A DNA stretch of 64,000 nucleotides from Verrucomicrobiota bacterium (GTDB lineage Bacteria > Verrucomicrobiota > Verrucomicrobiia > Limisphaerales > SXTU01): positions 25,015 through 89,014 of the forward strand of contig JACRKB010000073.1 of NCBI GenBank assembly GCA_016235545.1, read 5' to 3'. A program made the translations under genes and the position numbers. The notes beneath the pieces were generated by a model that worked only from the letters and a program-made list of their open reading frames with translations, ran no database searches and was not told the DNA's origin. Shown piece by piece: positions 37,287 through 46,484 of this stretch (positions within the stretch are counted from its first letter, which is position 1; every line of letters begins with the position of its first letter).

Positions 37287-37324
37287 GCGCACCGCCCCCT
37301 CCCCTCCGCCAACCGACTCGCACC

Positions 37325-37744
37325 ATGAAACCGTTTTTCCTCCGCCTCCTCGCGCTCGCGGCCCTCACCGGCCTTTGTGTCGTCGCCCAGGCCGCTCCCA
37401 CCCTCGTGGGCAACAAGAACCTCGCCTCGGAAAAGATCGACGCCGCCACCGTCAAGGCCGTCTTCCTCGGCAAGAAAGTCGCCTGGGAAGGCGCCGGCCG
37501 CGTCACCCTCGCCGTGCTGAAGGGTCCGATCGCCGACGAGTTCCTCAAGGGCGCCGTCGAGATGGACTTCGGCCAGTTCAACAACTACTGGCGCCGCCTC
37601 GCCATGACCGGCGGCGGCACCGCGCCCAAGTTCTTCGACAAGCCCGACGATCTCCGCCGCTTCGTTGCGGAGACGCCCGGAGCCATCGGTTTCCTCGACG
37701 CCTCGGCCGTCGATGCCTCCCTGATCACCCTCAACGGCAACTGA
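37325..37744 (+). CDS. Small secreted PBP-like (phosphate/anion-binding-protein-like) domain protein
   Basis: Signal MKPFFLRLLALAALTGLCVVAQA. The 139-aa body carries ..VKAVFLGKKVAWEGAGRVTL..., WRRLAMTGGGTAP and ETPGAIGFLDAS. From memory this resembles single-lobe PstS-like proteins that sit beside signalling genes. Confidence 0.7.
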   Translation: MKPFFLRLLALAALTGLCVVAQAAPTLVGNKNLASEKIDAATVKAVFLGKKVAWEGAGRVTLAVLKGPIADEFLKGAVEMDFGQFNNYWRRLAMTGGGTAPKFFDKPDDLRRFVAETPGAIGFLDASAVDASLITLNGN

Positions 37745-37754
37745 GCCGCCCGCC

Positions 37755-39314
37755 ATGAGCGCCAGCACCACTCTCAGCCTCAAGCGGGCCTTCACCGGCA
37801 TCATCCTCGGCTACGTCTGCCTGACGGCGCTGATCGTGGGCGTCGGCGTGCTCAGCGCGCAATTCTCCCGCACCGGCGCGCGCAAGACCGCCGAGATGAG
37901 CGAGCTCCTGCTGCCGGCCCTCCAGGATCTCGCCGGCCTGCAGGACGCCGCCCTCCGCTACCACCTCGCCAACCTGGAGTTCGTCACCGGCCGCGACGAG
38001 GAGATCCAGAAGCGCAAGCTCGAGGAGGCCGCGCGGCAGCGCCGCGATCTCGAGCGGCACGCCCAGGCGCTCGACGGCCGCCTCCAAGCGCTGAATAGCG
38101 GCATCTCGCGCGCCGCGCTCACCGCGGCGGTCGGCCAATACGACGGGGCCGTCGAGCGGCTCCGCGCCGCCCTCAAGGCCAACGATTTCACCGAGGCCAT
38201 GCGGCTGCTCGACACCGAGGTCGCCGCCGCAAGCGCCGCGGTGGACGCGGCCTTGGCCAAGCTCACCGAACAGGTCTCCTCACAGGCCCTGGTCAACGGC
38301 GGCGAGACCTCCGCCATCCTCGCCCGCAACCTGAAATTCGGTGTCACCCTCAGCATCGCCGTCGGCGCGCTCGGCTTGGCCGGCAGCGGCCTGGTGTTCT
38401 GGCTCAGCCGGCGGATCAGCCGCCCGCTCCAGCAGGCGATGACGCAGATGCACGAATTCACCGAGAGCACCGCCACCGCCTCCGTCCAGATCTCGAATTC
38501 CAGCCAGTTGCTGGCCGACGGCGCCAGCCAGCAGGCCGCCTCGCTGGAGGAAACCAGCGCCTCGCTCGAAGAGATGTCCGGCATGACCCGCCGCAACGCC
38601 GAGGCCGCCGAGAACGCCAAGCAGATCGCCGGCGCCACCCGCACCGCCGTCGAGGCCGGATCGGCCGGCATGCAGCGCATGAACACCGCGATGGAGGGCA
38701 TCAAATCCTCCAGCGACGAGATCGCGAAGATCATCAAGACCATCGACGAGATCGCCTTCCAGACCAACATCCTGGCTCTCAACGCCGCCGTCGAGGCGGC
38801 ACGCGCGGGCGAGGCCGGCGCCGGCTTCGCCGTCGTCGCCGAGGAGGTCCGCGCCCTCGCCCAGCGCTCCGCCACGGCCGCGAAGGAGACGGCCGAGAAA
38901 ATCGAAGCCGCTCTCGCCAAGAGCGCCGAGGGCACGCGCACCAGCGCCGAAGTCTCCGGCATGCTGACGCAGATCGTCGAGCAGGTTCGCCGCATGGACA
39001 CGCTCGTGGCCGAGATCGCCACCGCCTCGCGCGAGCAATCCGAGGGCATCACCCAGGTCAACAAGGCCGTGTCCGCGATGGACAACGTTACGCAGTCCAA
39101 CGCCTCCACCGCCGAGGAGAGCGCCGCCGCCGCCGAGCAGCTCTCGGCCCAGTCGCGCGAGCTCAAGGGCGTCGTCGAGCAGTTGCGCGGGCTCATCGGC
39201 GGCGGAGCCGCCGCGCAGCCGCGCGAGGCTGACGTCTCCCCCGCCGTGGTCGCACCTGCGGCGCGCGCTCCCAGACGGCCAGTCGCCCACGCGCCGGGTG
39301 CGGCGCACGCTTGA
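37755..39314 (+). CDS. Methyl-accepting chemotaxis protein
   Basis: N-terminal TM, a helical sensor region, a second TM plus HAMP. The highly conserved signalling hairpin reads IDEIAFQTNILALNAAVEAARAGEAGAGFAVVAEEVRALAQRS. Methylation-site-like EE/QQ heptads are present. Confidence 0.92.
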   Translation: MSASTTLSLKRAFTGIILGYVCLTALIVGVGVLSAQFSRTGARKTAEMSELLLPALQDLAGLQDAALRYHLANLEFVTGRDEEIQKRKLEEAARQRRDLERHAQALDGRLQALNSGISRAALTAAVGQYDGAVERLRAALKANDFTEAMRLLDTEVAAASAAVDAALAKLTEQVSSQALVNGGETSAILARNLKFGVTLSIAVGALGLAGSGLVFWLSRRISRPLQQAMTQMHEFTESTATASVQISNSSQLLADGASQQAASLEETSASLEEMSGMTRRNAEAAENAKQIAGATRTAVEAGSAGMQRMNTAMEGIKSSSDEIAKIIKTIDEIAFQTNILALNAAVEAARAGEAGAGFAVVAEEVRALAQRSATAAKETAEKIEAALAKSAEGTRTSAEVSGMLTQIVEQVRRMDTLVAEIATASREQSEGITQVNKAVSAMDNVTQSNASTAEESAAAAEQLSAQSRELKGVVEQLRGLIGGGAAAQPREADVSPAVVAPAARAPRRPVAHAPGAAHA

Positions 39315-39323
39315 CCTGCACGG

Positions 39324-39367
39324 GCCGGCCGGGAATTCCGGCCGGCTCCAGCGCCCTGCGGCTTTTT
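39324..39367 (+). terminator. Possible terminator region after the MCP gene
   Basis: GC hairpin GCCGGCCGGGAATTCCGGCCGGC (one bulge) 10 nt after the stop. A short GCC-CTGC-GGC hairpin and TTTTT (39363-39367) follow. The geometry is imperfect. Confidence 0.35.
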
Positions 39368-39602
39368 GAACACCCCGGCGCGGAGCACGCCGCCTCCGCG
39401 TCACGCCGGTGGGCGCTGCGGGAGTCTTTCATCCCGCCCGAGGGGATACCAATCTGAATTCCGCAGGGGAGACAGAGAGCACAGAGCCAAACCGGAGAAT
39501 CACGGAGGGTTGAAAACGGGAAGCAGGGCGGGTCCTACTCACCCGTGACGTGAACGAGTCCGAAGAGAGGACGAATATAGCCCGCATATTTCACACCCGG
39601 TT

Positions 39603-39711
39603 TGTCATCGCGAGCCCGACGTAGTCGGGCGTGGCGATCCAGCGAGCGCTGGATGTCAAGCTGTCGGCCTGCGGCCTCGGTAGCTTCGTCGCTCCGCTCC
39701 TCGCAATGACA
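39603..39711 (+). repeat. REP/MITE-like palindromic element, copy 1 (TGTCATCGCGAG ... CTCGCAATGACA)
   Basis: Terminal inverted repeat TGTCATCGCGAG / CTCGCAATGACA, with internal GTGGCGATCCAG..CTGGAT and CTTCGTCGCTCCGCTCCTCGCAATGACA blocks. These are shared with the copy at 46330-46405. The track ORF 39535-39738 ('CHCEERSDEA') is just its translation. Confidence 0.7.
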
Positions 39712-39826
39712 GGTGTAAAATAGGCGGGTTGGGTTCAAAGGGCGATTGAGATCGGCGCCAAGCTCCGGGTCTTCGGCTCGAACGGTCCGCGCCTCCCCGG
39801 CACGGGCGCGGTGTGGCCCGGCGGGC

Positions 39827-41938
39827 TCAGGCGGCGGGCGGGGCGATCTCGGCCAGCGCGGCGGCGAAATCGCAGGGGTGAAAGGGCTTCAAGAGCACGC
39901 GGGGCGGTGGGCCGGGGATAGCGCTGAGCGCGTCGGGCCGGTCGGCGAGTAGATTGGAGTAGCCGGTCATCAGGATCGCGGGAACGCCCGGATTGAGCGT
40001 CCTGATCTCGTGGAGCAGGGCGAGCCCCGAGATGCCTCCGGGCATGACCATGTCCGTGATCACGAGGTCGTAGGCGCCAGGAGACTGCCGCCAAAGTTCG
40101 AGGGCGGCGCGGCCGTTGGGGGCAACGTCGCTGGGGATGCGCTCGTTGGCCAAGACTTTGGGGAGCAACTCGCGCACGATCTCGTCGTCCTCGGCGACTA
40201 GGGCGCGACCGAAGCGGCCGGCTCCGCGCTGGGCCACCGGCGCGCCGGGCGCGCCGGGCGCGGCGGGAGGCTCTACGGTCGGGGCGGCGGGGGCGACGGG
40301 ATGGTAGAGCGTGAAGGTCGTGCCCGCGCCGGGCTGGGTTTTCACAGTGACCCAGCCGCCCTGCTGATGGACGATCGCGTAAACGGTGGACAGGCCGAGG
40401 CCCGTGCCTTTGCCGGGCTCCTTGGTGGTGAAGAAAGGTTCGAAGACGTGGGGGAGCGTCTCGGGCGCTATGCCGGTGCCGGTATCGGCGACGGAAATCT
40501 CGATGAAGTCGCCGGGGCGGGCGTCGATCTGGCGGCGGGCGGCTTCGGCGTCCACCGTGAGCGGGCGGGCGGCGATTTCAATGCATCCTCCACGGGGCAT
40601 GGCGTCGCGGGCGTTGACGACGAGGTTGACGACGACTTGTTCGAAGCTCGCGATATCGGCCACCACGCGGGGCAGGTTGGCGGGGATGTTCCAGCGGATC
40701 TCGATGTCGGCGCCGATCAACCGGCGCAGGAGCGGCCGGAGTTCGGCGAAGACCTCGTTCAGGTCCGCGAGTTCGGGCTGCAAGATCTGCTTGCGGGCGA
40801 AGACGAGCAACTGGCGGGTGAGGGCGGCGGCCCGCGTGGCGGCGGTCTGGATGGGCACGGCCATGCGCCGCACCTCCTCCTCCCGGGCGAGGTGCCGGAT
40901 CTCTCCGGCATAGCCTTGGATCGCCGTGAGTATGTTGTTGAAGTCATGGGCGATGCCGGCGGAGAGCTGGCCGATGGCGTCGAGCTTCTGCGATTGGCGG
41001 AGCTGCTGCTCGAGCTCGAGCTGCTGCGTGACGTCGCGCAGGAGCCAGATGGAGCAGAGCCGGCCGTTGAGCTGGATGCGGCGGCCGACGCAGCGGATGT
41101 GCCGCTCGGGCTCACCCGGCAGACGGAAAACGAAGGGATAGTCGTCGATCTCCTCGCCGGTGACGACCCGCTCGAGCAGGGCGCGCCAGCGCTCGGGATC
41201 GACGCCGCGACCGAAATTGTCGGTCGTGGTGCGGGCGAGCTCCGCCGGCGTCGTGTGGAAGAGGCTTTCGAAGGCGCGGTTGACCGCGAGGATGGCGAAG
41301 CCGGGCTCATGGGCGAGGATGGCCTGCGCGATCGGGCTGGCGTTGAAGGCGGCGGTGAAACGGGCCTCGGATTGGACGAGCTCGTCGGTGCGGTGGCGGA
41401 CGGCGCGATCGAGCTCGTCGAGCCGGGCGCGGTGGGCGCTGGCCAGTTCCCACTTCGTGGTCAGGGAATGGGCGAGCTGCAGCACCTCCACGTGATCGAA
41501 GGGTTTCTTGAGGATGAGGAGGTTGGACGACTGCCCGAGGCGCTCGCGGATGGTGGACCAAGTGTGGTCGGAATAGGCCGTGCAGATGACAATCTGCAGC
41601 TCGGGGTCGGCAGCCCAGAGGTGGCCGATGGTTTCGAGGCCGTCCCAGCCCGGGGGCATGCGCATGTCGACGAAGGCAAGGGCGTAGGGCCGCCCCGCCG
41701 CGAGGGCGCGCTGGACGAGTTCGAGGGCCTCGGCCCCCTGATAGGCGGCGTCGAGATCGTATCTCGGAGGGGAGGGAGCGGGGGCAGGTTCGGTGTCGCC
41801 GAACACGGCGGTGGCAAGCGCGTCGCGCGCCGCGGCGTCGGCGGGTGGCAGGGCGAGGATCTTGGCGAAATCCAGGTGGATGGACGCCGTGTCGTCGACG
41901 ATCAGGATGCGGTGGAGAGCGGGTGCAGGGGTATTCAT
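39827..41938 (-). CDS. Hybrid sensor histidine kinase / response regulator (REC-PAS-HisKA-HATPase-REC)
   Basis: Start [16 protein letters not shown] (ATG 41938, ATGA overlap with the upstream stop). N-terminal receiver ([12 protein letters not shown]), a PAS-like region, H-box [13 protein letters not shown], HATPase (NARDAM, DTGTGI, GTGLGLS), and a C-terminal receiver (ALVAEDDE..., [15 protein letters not shown]). Confidence 0.9.
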   Translation of the reverse strand: MNTPAPALHRILIVDDTASIHLDFAKILALPPADAAARDALATAVFGDTEPAPAPSPPRYDLDAAYQGAEALELVQRALAAGRPYALAFVDMRMPPGWDGLETIGHLWAADPELQIVICTAYSDHTWSTIRERLGQSSNLLILKKPFDHVEVLQLAHSLTTKWELASAHRARLDELDRAVRHRTDELVQSEARFTAAFNASPIAQAILAHEPGFAILAVNRAFESLFHTTPAELARTTTDNFGRGVDPERWRALLERVVTGEEIDDYPFVFRLPGEPERHIRCVGRRIQLNGRLCSIWLLRDVTQQLELEQQLRQSQKLDAIGQLSAGIAHDFNNILTAIQGYAGEIRHLAREEEVRRMAVPIQTAATRAAALTRQLLVFARKQILQPELADLNEVFAELRPLLRRLIGADIEIRWNIPANLPRVVADIASFEQVVVNLVVNARDAMPRGGCIEIAARPLTVDAEAARRQIDARPGDFIEISVADTGTGIAPETLPHVFEPFFTTKEPGKGTGLGLSTVYAIVHQQGGWVTVKTQPGAGTTFTLYHPVAPAAPTVEPPAAPGAPGAPVAQRGAGRFGRALVAEDDEIVRELLPKVLANERIPSDVAPNGRAALELWRQSPGAYDLVITDMVMPGGISGLALLHEIRTLNPGVPAILMTGYSNLLADRPDALSAIPGPPPRVLLKPFHPCDFAAALAEIAPPAA

Positions 41939-43629
41939 GGTGCAGCCGGTGGGGTGAAGACGAGGGGCAGCTCGAGTGTGAAGGTGGCCCCGAGCCCGCG
42001 TCCGTCGCTCGCGGCGCGGAGCGTGCCGCCGAGGTTGGCGGCGGCGAGGGCGCCGGAGTGCAGGCCGAAGCCGTGGCCATCCTTCCGCGTGGTGTAACCG
42101 TGCTGGAAGAGCCGGGCGATGTCCTCGGGGGCGATGCCGACGCCGTTGTCGCAGACGGCGAGGCGCACGCGTCCGGCGGCGACGGTGAGCCGCAAGGTGA
42201 CGCGCCGGTCCGGAGCGGGGCGGGTTTTGACGGCGTCGATGGCGTTCTGGACGAGGTTGACGACGATCTGAAGGGCGAGATGGCGGTCGGTGCTGAGCAG
42301 GGGGCGTTCCGGGGGATAGTCCTGCTCGATGACAACCTGATGCCGCTGGAGGGAGGCGCGGGCGATGCGCTGCGCGTCGGCGAAAAGCTCCGCGGGGTCG
42401 AAGGTCTGGGTGAGGCCGCCGGCCTTGGTGTAGTCCTGCTGGACGGCGACAATCTGCCGGATGTGGTCGATGTTGGTGGACAGGGACGAGAGTTCGCGGG
42501 TGAGATCGGCGCGGCATTGCTGGAGCCCGGCTCCGATTTCGACGATCAACCCGGGCACATGGCGCCCGCGGGGATCCTCGGCGATAAAGCGCGGGGCCTC
42601 GGCGCCGCGCTCGCGCAGGAGGGCGGCGGTGCGGTCGAGGAGCCCGAGGTGCGGGTTGGCGGCGAGCTCGTCGCGGACGATGTTGGCGGAGACGTTGACG
42701 GAGTTGAGGACGTTGCCGACGTTGTGGAGGATGCCGGTGGCGACCTGGGCCATGCCGGCGAGGCGCGAGGCCTCGAAGAGGCGGCGCTGGGTCTCGGCGA
42801 GGTCGCGGTGGGCGCGTTCGGCGGCGTCCTTCTGCTCGCGAAGCTCGCGGGTGCGGGCCTCGACGCGTTCCTCCAACCTGAGATTGGCTTCCTGCAGGTT
42901 GCGGTCGCGGGTTTGGATGGCTTCGGTCATCCCATTGACGGAGCGGGCGAGCTGGCCGAGTTCGTCCTGCCGGTCATTCTCGGCGCGGGCGGCCAGGTCG
43001 CCGCGCGCCACCCGGCCGACCACCGCCTGGAGCTTCAGGAGCGGGCTGAAAAGCAGGCGGGCATTCAGGTAGGCGGCGCCGAAAGCGAGCGCCATCGCGC
43101 CGGCGGCGAAAGCGAGCGTGTGCCGCAACAGGCGGCGGAGGCCCTCGTCGTGGGCGTGGAGGGACAATCCCACATGGATGCGCCCCCAGGGAATGCCGCC
43201 GTATTCCAAGGGCCGGGAGTAACGGTAGGCGCGCCCCGGCAGGGGCGGGAACTCGCCGATCTCGCCGTGCGGCTCCGGCGCGCCCGAGCGCCAGGAGCGG
43301 TCGAGCTTTTCGGTGTGCCAACCCTGCCGGTCGTGCACGAGGGTGAAGCCGTCGCTGCGCGCAAGCACGATGAAATCGATCTCCGCGTCGCCACGGATGA
43401 CCGTGGTGCACTGGTCCACGACGGCGGTATAGTCCTCAGTCACCAGCGCGGTGGCCGAGAGTTCCTGAAGAAACAGTGTGATGCTGTTGGCCTTGGAGGC
43501 GAGCGCGTCGAGCGCATCCTGCCGCTGCTGGGGAAAAAGCGCTGCGGCGTAGAGCCCGACCATGACCAGCGCGATGCCCCAGATCTGCAGGGTGGCGCGC
43601 CAAACCAGGCAAGCGCTCGGGGGCTTCAT
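41935..43629 (-). CDS. Membrane sensor histidine kinase (periplasmic sensor domain - HAMP - coiled coil - kinase core)
   Basis: Start MKPPSACLVW (ATG 43629, ATGA overlap). Two TM segments flank a ~150-aa periplasmic region. HAMP (LKLQAVVGRVARGDLAARAE), H-box GILHNVGNVLNS, and HATPase (VQNAIDA, DNGVGI, GFGLH). Confidence 0.88.
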   Translation of the reverse strand: MKPPSACLVWRATLQIWGIALVMVGLYAAALFPQQRQDALDALASKANSITLFLQELSATALVTEDYTAVVDQCTTVIRGDAEIDFIVLARSDGFTLVHDRQGWHTEKLDRSWRSGAPEPHGEIGEFPPLPGRAYRYSRPLEYGGIPWGRIHVGLSLHAHDEGLRRLLRHTLAFAAGAMALAFGAAYLNARLLFSPLLKLQAVVGRVARGDLAARAENDRQDELGQLARSVNGMTEAIQTRDRNLQEANLRLEERVEARTRELREQKDAAERAHRDLAETQRRLFEASRLAGMAQVATGILHNVGNVLNSVNVSANIVRDELAANPHLGLLDRTAALLRERGAEAPRFIAEDPRGRHVPGLIVEIGAGLQQCRADLTRELSSLSTNIDHIRQIVAVQQDYTKAGGLTQTFDPAELFADAQRIARASLQRHQVVIEQDYPPERPLLSTDRHLALQIVVNLVQNAIDAVKTRPAPDRRVTLRLTVAAGRVRLAVCDNGVGIAPEDIARLFQHGYTTRKDGHGFGLHSGALAAANLGGTLRAASDGRGLGATFTLELPLVFTPPAAP

Positions 43630-44570
43630 GGTTGGTCGCGGAGAAAAGCGCTGGGGTCGACGATGGCCGGCGGCAGCTGGCGGAGCAACTGGCGGCAGGT
43701 TTCGAGCGCTTCGGCCGGGCAGTTGTCGAGCCGGTTGAATCCGAAGAGGAGGAAGGTCTGCCGTCCGGAGGGCGTGGTGTGGACCGTCCGGAGCATCGCG
43801 AACATGCGCTGGTGGAACGCGGAACCGGGCGGCAGGGCGAGCCATACCACCGAGGCGACCAAGCGGGGGGATTGGGCGACGATGCGGACGGAGGCGGCGA
43901 GCTGGGGGTTCATCTCGCAGGCGGTCTCGTAGGTGGCGCGGGTGACGAGGCAGAGATCCGCTTGGCGGAAATAGACGGGGAGCAGGGCTTTCGCGGGTTT
44001 GGCGGCGGGCTGGGCCGAGGCGAAGAAATCGGCCATGAGCGGGAGGCCGGCGTGATGGAGCTCGGTTTCCAGCCAAAGGCGGCCGAGCTGGGCGGTGGCG
44101 CGGGACTGGCGGAGGAGGATTTTGCCGCGGAAATCGGCGAGCGTGCGGCCGGGTGAGTCGCGGTGGCAGACCAGCAGGTATTCGTCGCCGGGCGTGTCGC
44201 GCCGCACGGGCGTCATGAGTGTGCCCGGGGGCGGCGGAGCGCGCATCGTCAGGTAATCGACGCTGGTCATCGAGATCATGTCGATCTCGCCGGCGACGGC
44301 GGCGGCGAGCGCGTCGTCGTGGTCGCGATACATGCGCGAATCGGGGCGGAGCGCGACGCCGAATTCGCGGCCGATGACCTGCGCCCAGGTGTTGAACGCC
44401 GCCTTGGTGTCCTGCTCGGTGACCCCGCCGAAGACATGGGTGAGGAACCCGATGCGGTAAACCTCCTCGGCCGCGCCCAGGGTGGCGCAGCCAAAGGCGA
44501 GGCCCAGGGCGGCGAGCAGGACGCGCGCCGCGCGGAGGGGGGATGGGGCGGGATTTGGGGTGGCGGGCAC
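43626..44570 (-). CDS. Periplasmic solute-binding protein, PhnD/phosphonate-binding-like fold
   Basis: Signal/lipoprotein-like N-terminus (LLAALGLAFGCATLGA). Contains YRIGFL..., GEIDMISMTSVDYL and ...LVCHRDSPGRTLADFRGK. The type-2 PBP pattern is recalled from PhnD-like proteins that pair with kinases. The family call is moderately confident. Confidence 0.75.
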   Translation of the reverse strand: MPATPNPAPSPLRAARVLLAALGLAFGCATLGAAEEVYRIGFLTHVFGGVTEQDTKAAFNTWAQVIGREFGVALRPDSRMYRDHDDALAAAVAGEIDMISMTSVDYLTMRAPPPPGTLMTPVRRDTPGDEYLLVCHRDSPGRTLADFRGKILLRQSRATAQLGRLWLETELHHAGLPLMADFFASAQPAAKPAKALLPVYFRQADLCLVTRATYETACEMNPQLAASVRIVAQSPRLVASVVWLALPPGSAFHQRMFAMLRTVHTTPSGRQTFLLFGFNRLDNCPAEALETCRQLLRQLPPAIVDPSAFLRDQP

Positions 44571-44573
44571 GGA

Positions 44574-46103
44574 TCAGGGTGGCGGGGTGGGCTCGGTGGC
44601 CAGCGCGTGCCCGACCTCGCGGCCGACGAGGAGCGCGAGCCGGGCTTGGAGCGCCGCGTGGTCGTAGCGGGTCTTGAGGTGTTGCGCGGCCATGAGCGCC
44701 TCCATGAGCTGGGCGCGGACGACCTTCTCGGTGTCCACGAGCTGGTCGAAGTAGGCGCGGGTGTTGAGGTCGCGGTCCTCCTCGGCGGCGCGGCGCGCGG
44801 CGAGGCTGGCGTCGTGCGCGCGTTCGGCGGCGGCGAGTTCGAGGACGATCTGCCGGAGCTGCAGGCCGAGCCCCTCGCGGAGCAGGATTTTTTTCTCCTG
44901 GAGCGCGGCCAGCCGCGCGCGGGCCTCGCTGATGCGCTCCCGGGTGAGGTGGCCGTCGAAGAGTGGCAGGCGGAGGCCGAGACCGACGGTCCAGCCGCGT
45001 TTGTTGCGGTCGGAGACGAAGCCCCCATCGTAACCGTTCTCGATGCGGTGCAGGCTGCCGGTCAGCGCGAGTTGCGGGGCCTGTCCGCTGCGGGCCTCGC
45101 GCACGGCGCCCTCGGCGGCGAGCAGCCCGGCGGCGAGGGCGCGCCAGTCGGGATTGAACTCATAGGCCTGCCCGGCGAGGGCGGCGAGATCGCCGTGGAA
45201 AGGGGCAAAGGGGATGTCGCGCTCCGCGGGCGAGACCGATTCCTGCCACGGCAGGCCCATGACGTTGGCGAGCGCGGCCTGGGCCAGCGCCTCGTTCTTC
45301 GCGAGCGTGGCGGTCATCGCGCGGAGACTCTCGACCATCACTTGGTTCGAGAGATAGTCGCTTTTGGTGACCGTGCCGCTCCCGGTCCGGTAGACGGATT
45401 CGGTGAGCTTGAGCGTGGCTTCCATGCGCTCGAGGGTCTCGCTCCCGAGGCGATGGAGCTGCCGCGCAAGGACGGCGCCGTAGTAGAAGCGGGTGACGGA
45501 TTCGACGATCTCGAGGTCGGTGCGGCGCGCCTGTTCCTGGGCGGCGAGGACGCCGCCGCGCGCCTGGGCGCGGAGTCCGGCGCGCAGTCCGCCGTCGAAG
45601 AGCAGCCACGAGAGGTCGAGGGTCCCGGCGATGGTCTCGCGGTCGGCGAGCTGGATATCCTGAACGGGCACGGTGAATTGCTGGGGGGCGCTCGAGATGG
45701 TTTGCGCGGGGGTCTGGACGGGAAGCTGCACCGCCGCGGGGCCGAGCACGCCGGCGGGCACCGTGATGAGGGCGACGCCGGGGGGCACGGACACATCTTG
45801 CGGCGGGATGGTCCAGGAGGAGGTGGGAAACACGAAATTGCGATACTGGTCGAGCAGCTCGTAGCCGGCCTTGAGGCTCAATTGGGGCCAGTAACCCGCG
45901 AGCGCCTGGCGCAATTGCGCTTCGGCGGCGGCGAGGGCGAACCGGGAGGCCGGGCGCTGGCGGTTGCGCTCCCACGCCGTGGACAGGCATTGCTCGAGCG
46001 AGCACTCCGGGAGCGGTTCGGTGCGAGTCTCCGATTGTCCCGACAAGGGCGGGAGCAGGAGCGCCGCGATGCCAAAAACACCCCAGGCACGGCGGAAGCG
46101 CAT
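44574..46103 (-). CDS. TolC-family outer-membrane efflux protein
   Basis: Signal MRFRRAWGVFGIAALLLPPLSG (start 46103 preferred; 46133/46142 are also possible). Two OEP repeats with typical LSLEQCLSTAWERN...A..A..AQLRQA.AGYWPQLSL and a later helical repeat. The stop lies 3 nt before the PBP start. Confidence 0.8.
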   Translation of the reverse strand: MRFRRAWGVFGIAALLLPPLSGQSETRTEPLPECSLEQCLSTAWERNRQRPASRFALAAAEAQLRQALAGYWPQLSLKAGYELLDQYRNFVFPTSSWTIPPQDVSVPPGVALITVPAGVLGPAAVQLPVQTPAQTISSAPQQFTVPVQDIQLADRETIAGTLDLSWLLFDGGLRAGLRAQARGGVLAAQEQARRTDLEIVESVTRFYYGAVLARQLHRLGSETLERMEATLKLTESVYRTGSGTVTKSDYLSNQVMVESLRAMTATLAKNEALAQAALANVMGLPWQESVSPAERDIPFAPFHGDLAALAGQAYEFNPDWRALAAGLLAAEGAVREARSGQAPQLALTGSLHRIENGYDGGFVSDRNKRGWTVGLGLRLPLFDGHLTRERISEARARLAALQEKKILLREGLGLQLRQIVLELAAAERAHDASLAARRAAEEDRDLNTRAYFDQLVDTEKVVRAQLMEALMAAQHLKTRYDHAALQARLALLVGREVGHALATEPTPPP

Positions 46104-46329
46104 TCCGACCGGGAGGCGGAGCGGGGCGTGCATTGTAACCATAATTTAACCTGTTTTATCGGCAGAAGCACGGTCTACTTGACTTGCATCGAATAAGTTC
46201 CCCGAGAGGACGGGGCCGAACGGCCGGGGTGGCGTGGCAGATGGAATCCACCCCGGATTCCGACAATGAATTTGCGCCGCAAGAGCGTGGGAGGGGCTTT
46301 ATGCCAATCGCCTGTTGCATTTGCATCAT

Positions 46330-46405
46330 TGTCATCGCGAGGTGCGCGAAGCGCGCCGTGGCGATCCAGCTGGATTGCTTCGTCGCTGCGCTCCTCGCAA
46401 TGACA
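46330..46405 (+). repeat. REP/MITE-like palindromic element, copy 2 (shorter variant)
   Basis: TGTCATCGCGAG-GTGCGCGAAGCGCGCC-GTGGCGATCCAGCTGGATTGCTTCGTCGCTGCGCTCCTCGCAATGACA. It has the same termini and core as copy 1 and the same orientation. Confidence 0.7.
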
Positions 46406-46427
46406 GGGTAAAAGCAACGGGCGACTG

Positions 46428-46484
46428 GCTTTACGCCCCGACTTTCCCGGTGCATGCATCGCGTTCCCTGTCGGGGCGTAAAGC
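46428..46484. repeat. 15-bp perfect inverted repeat (GCTTTACGCCCCGAC / GTCGGGGCGTAAAGC) with a 27-nt loop
   Basis: Read directly from the sequence. The arm motif GGAGGGGCTTTAYGCC recurs at 46290-46305 (direct) and 46475-46490 (inverted), flanking the REP copy. Confidence 0.6.

Noticed and set aside
39535-39738. 67-aa ORF ('...CHCEERSDEATEAAG...') and the similar ORFs 46156-46821 and 46175-46459
   Set aside because: Their conserved peptide segments are simply translations of the REP-like palindromic element found at both sites. There is no independent coding evidence.
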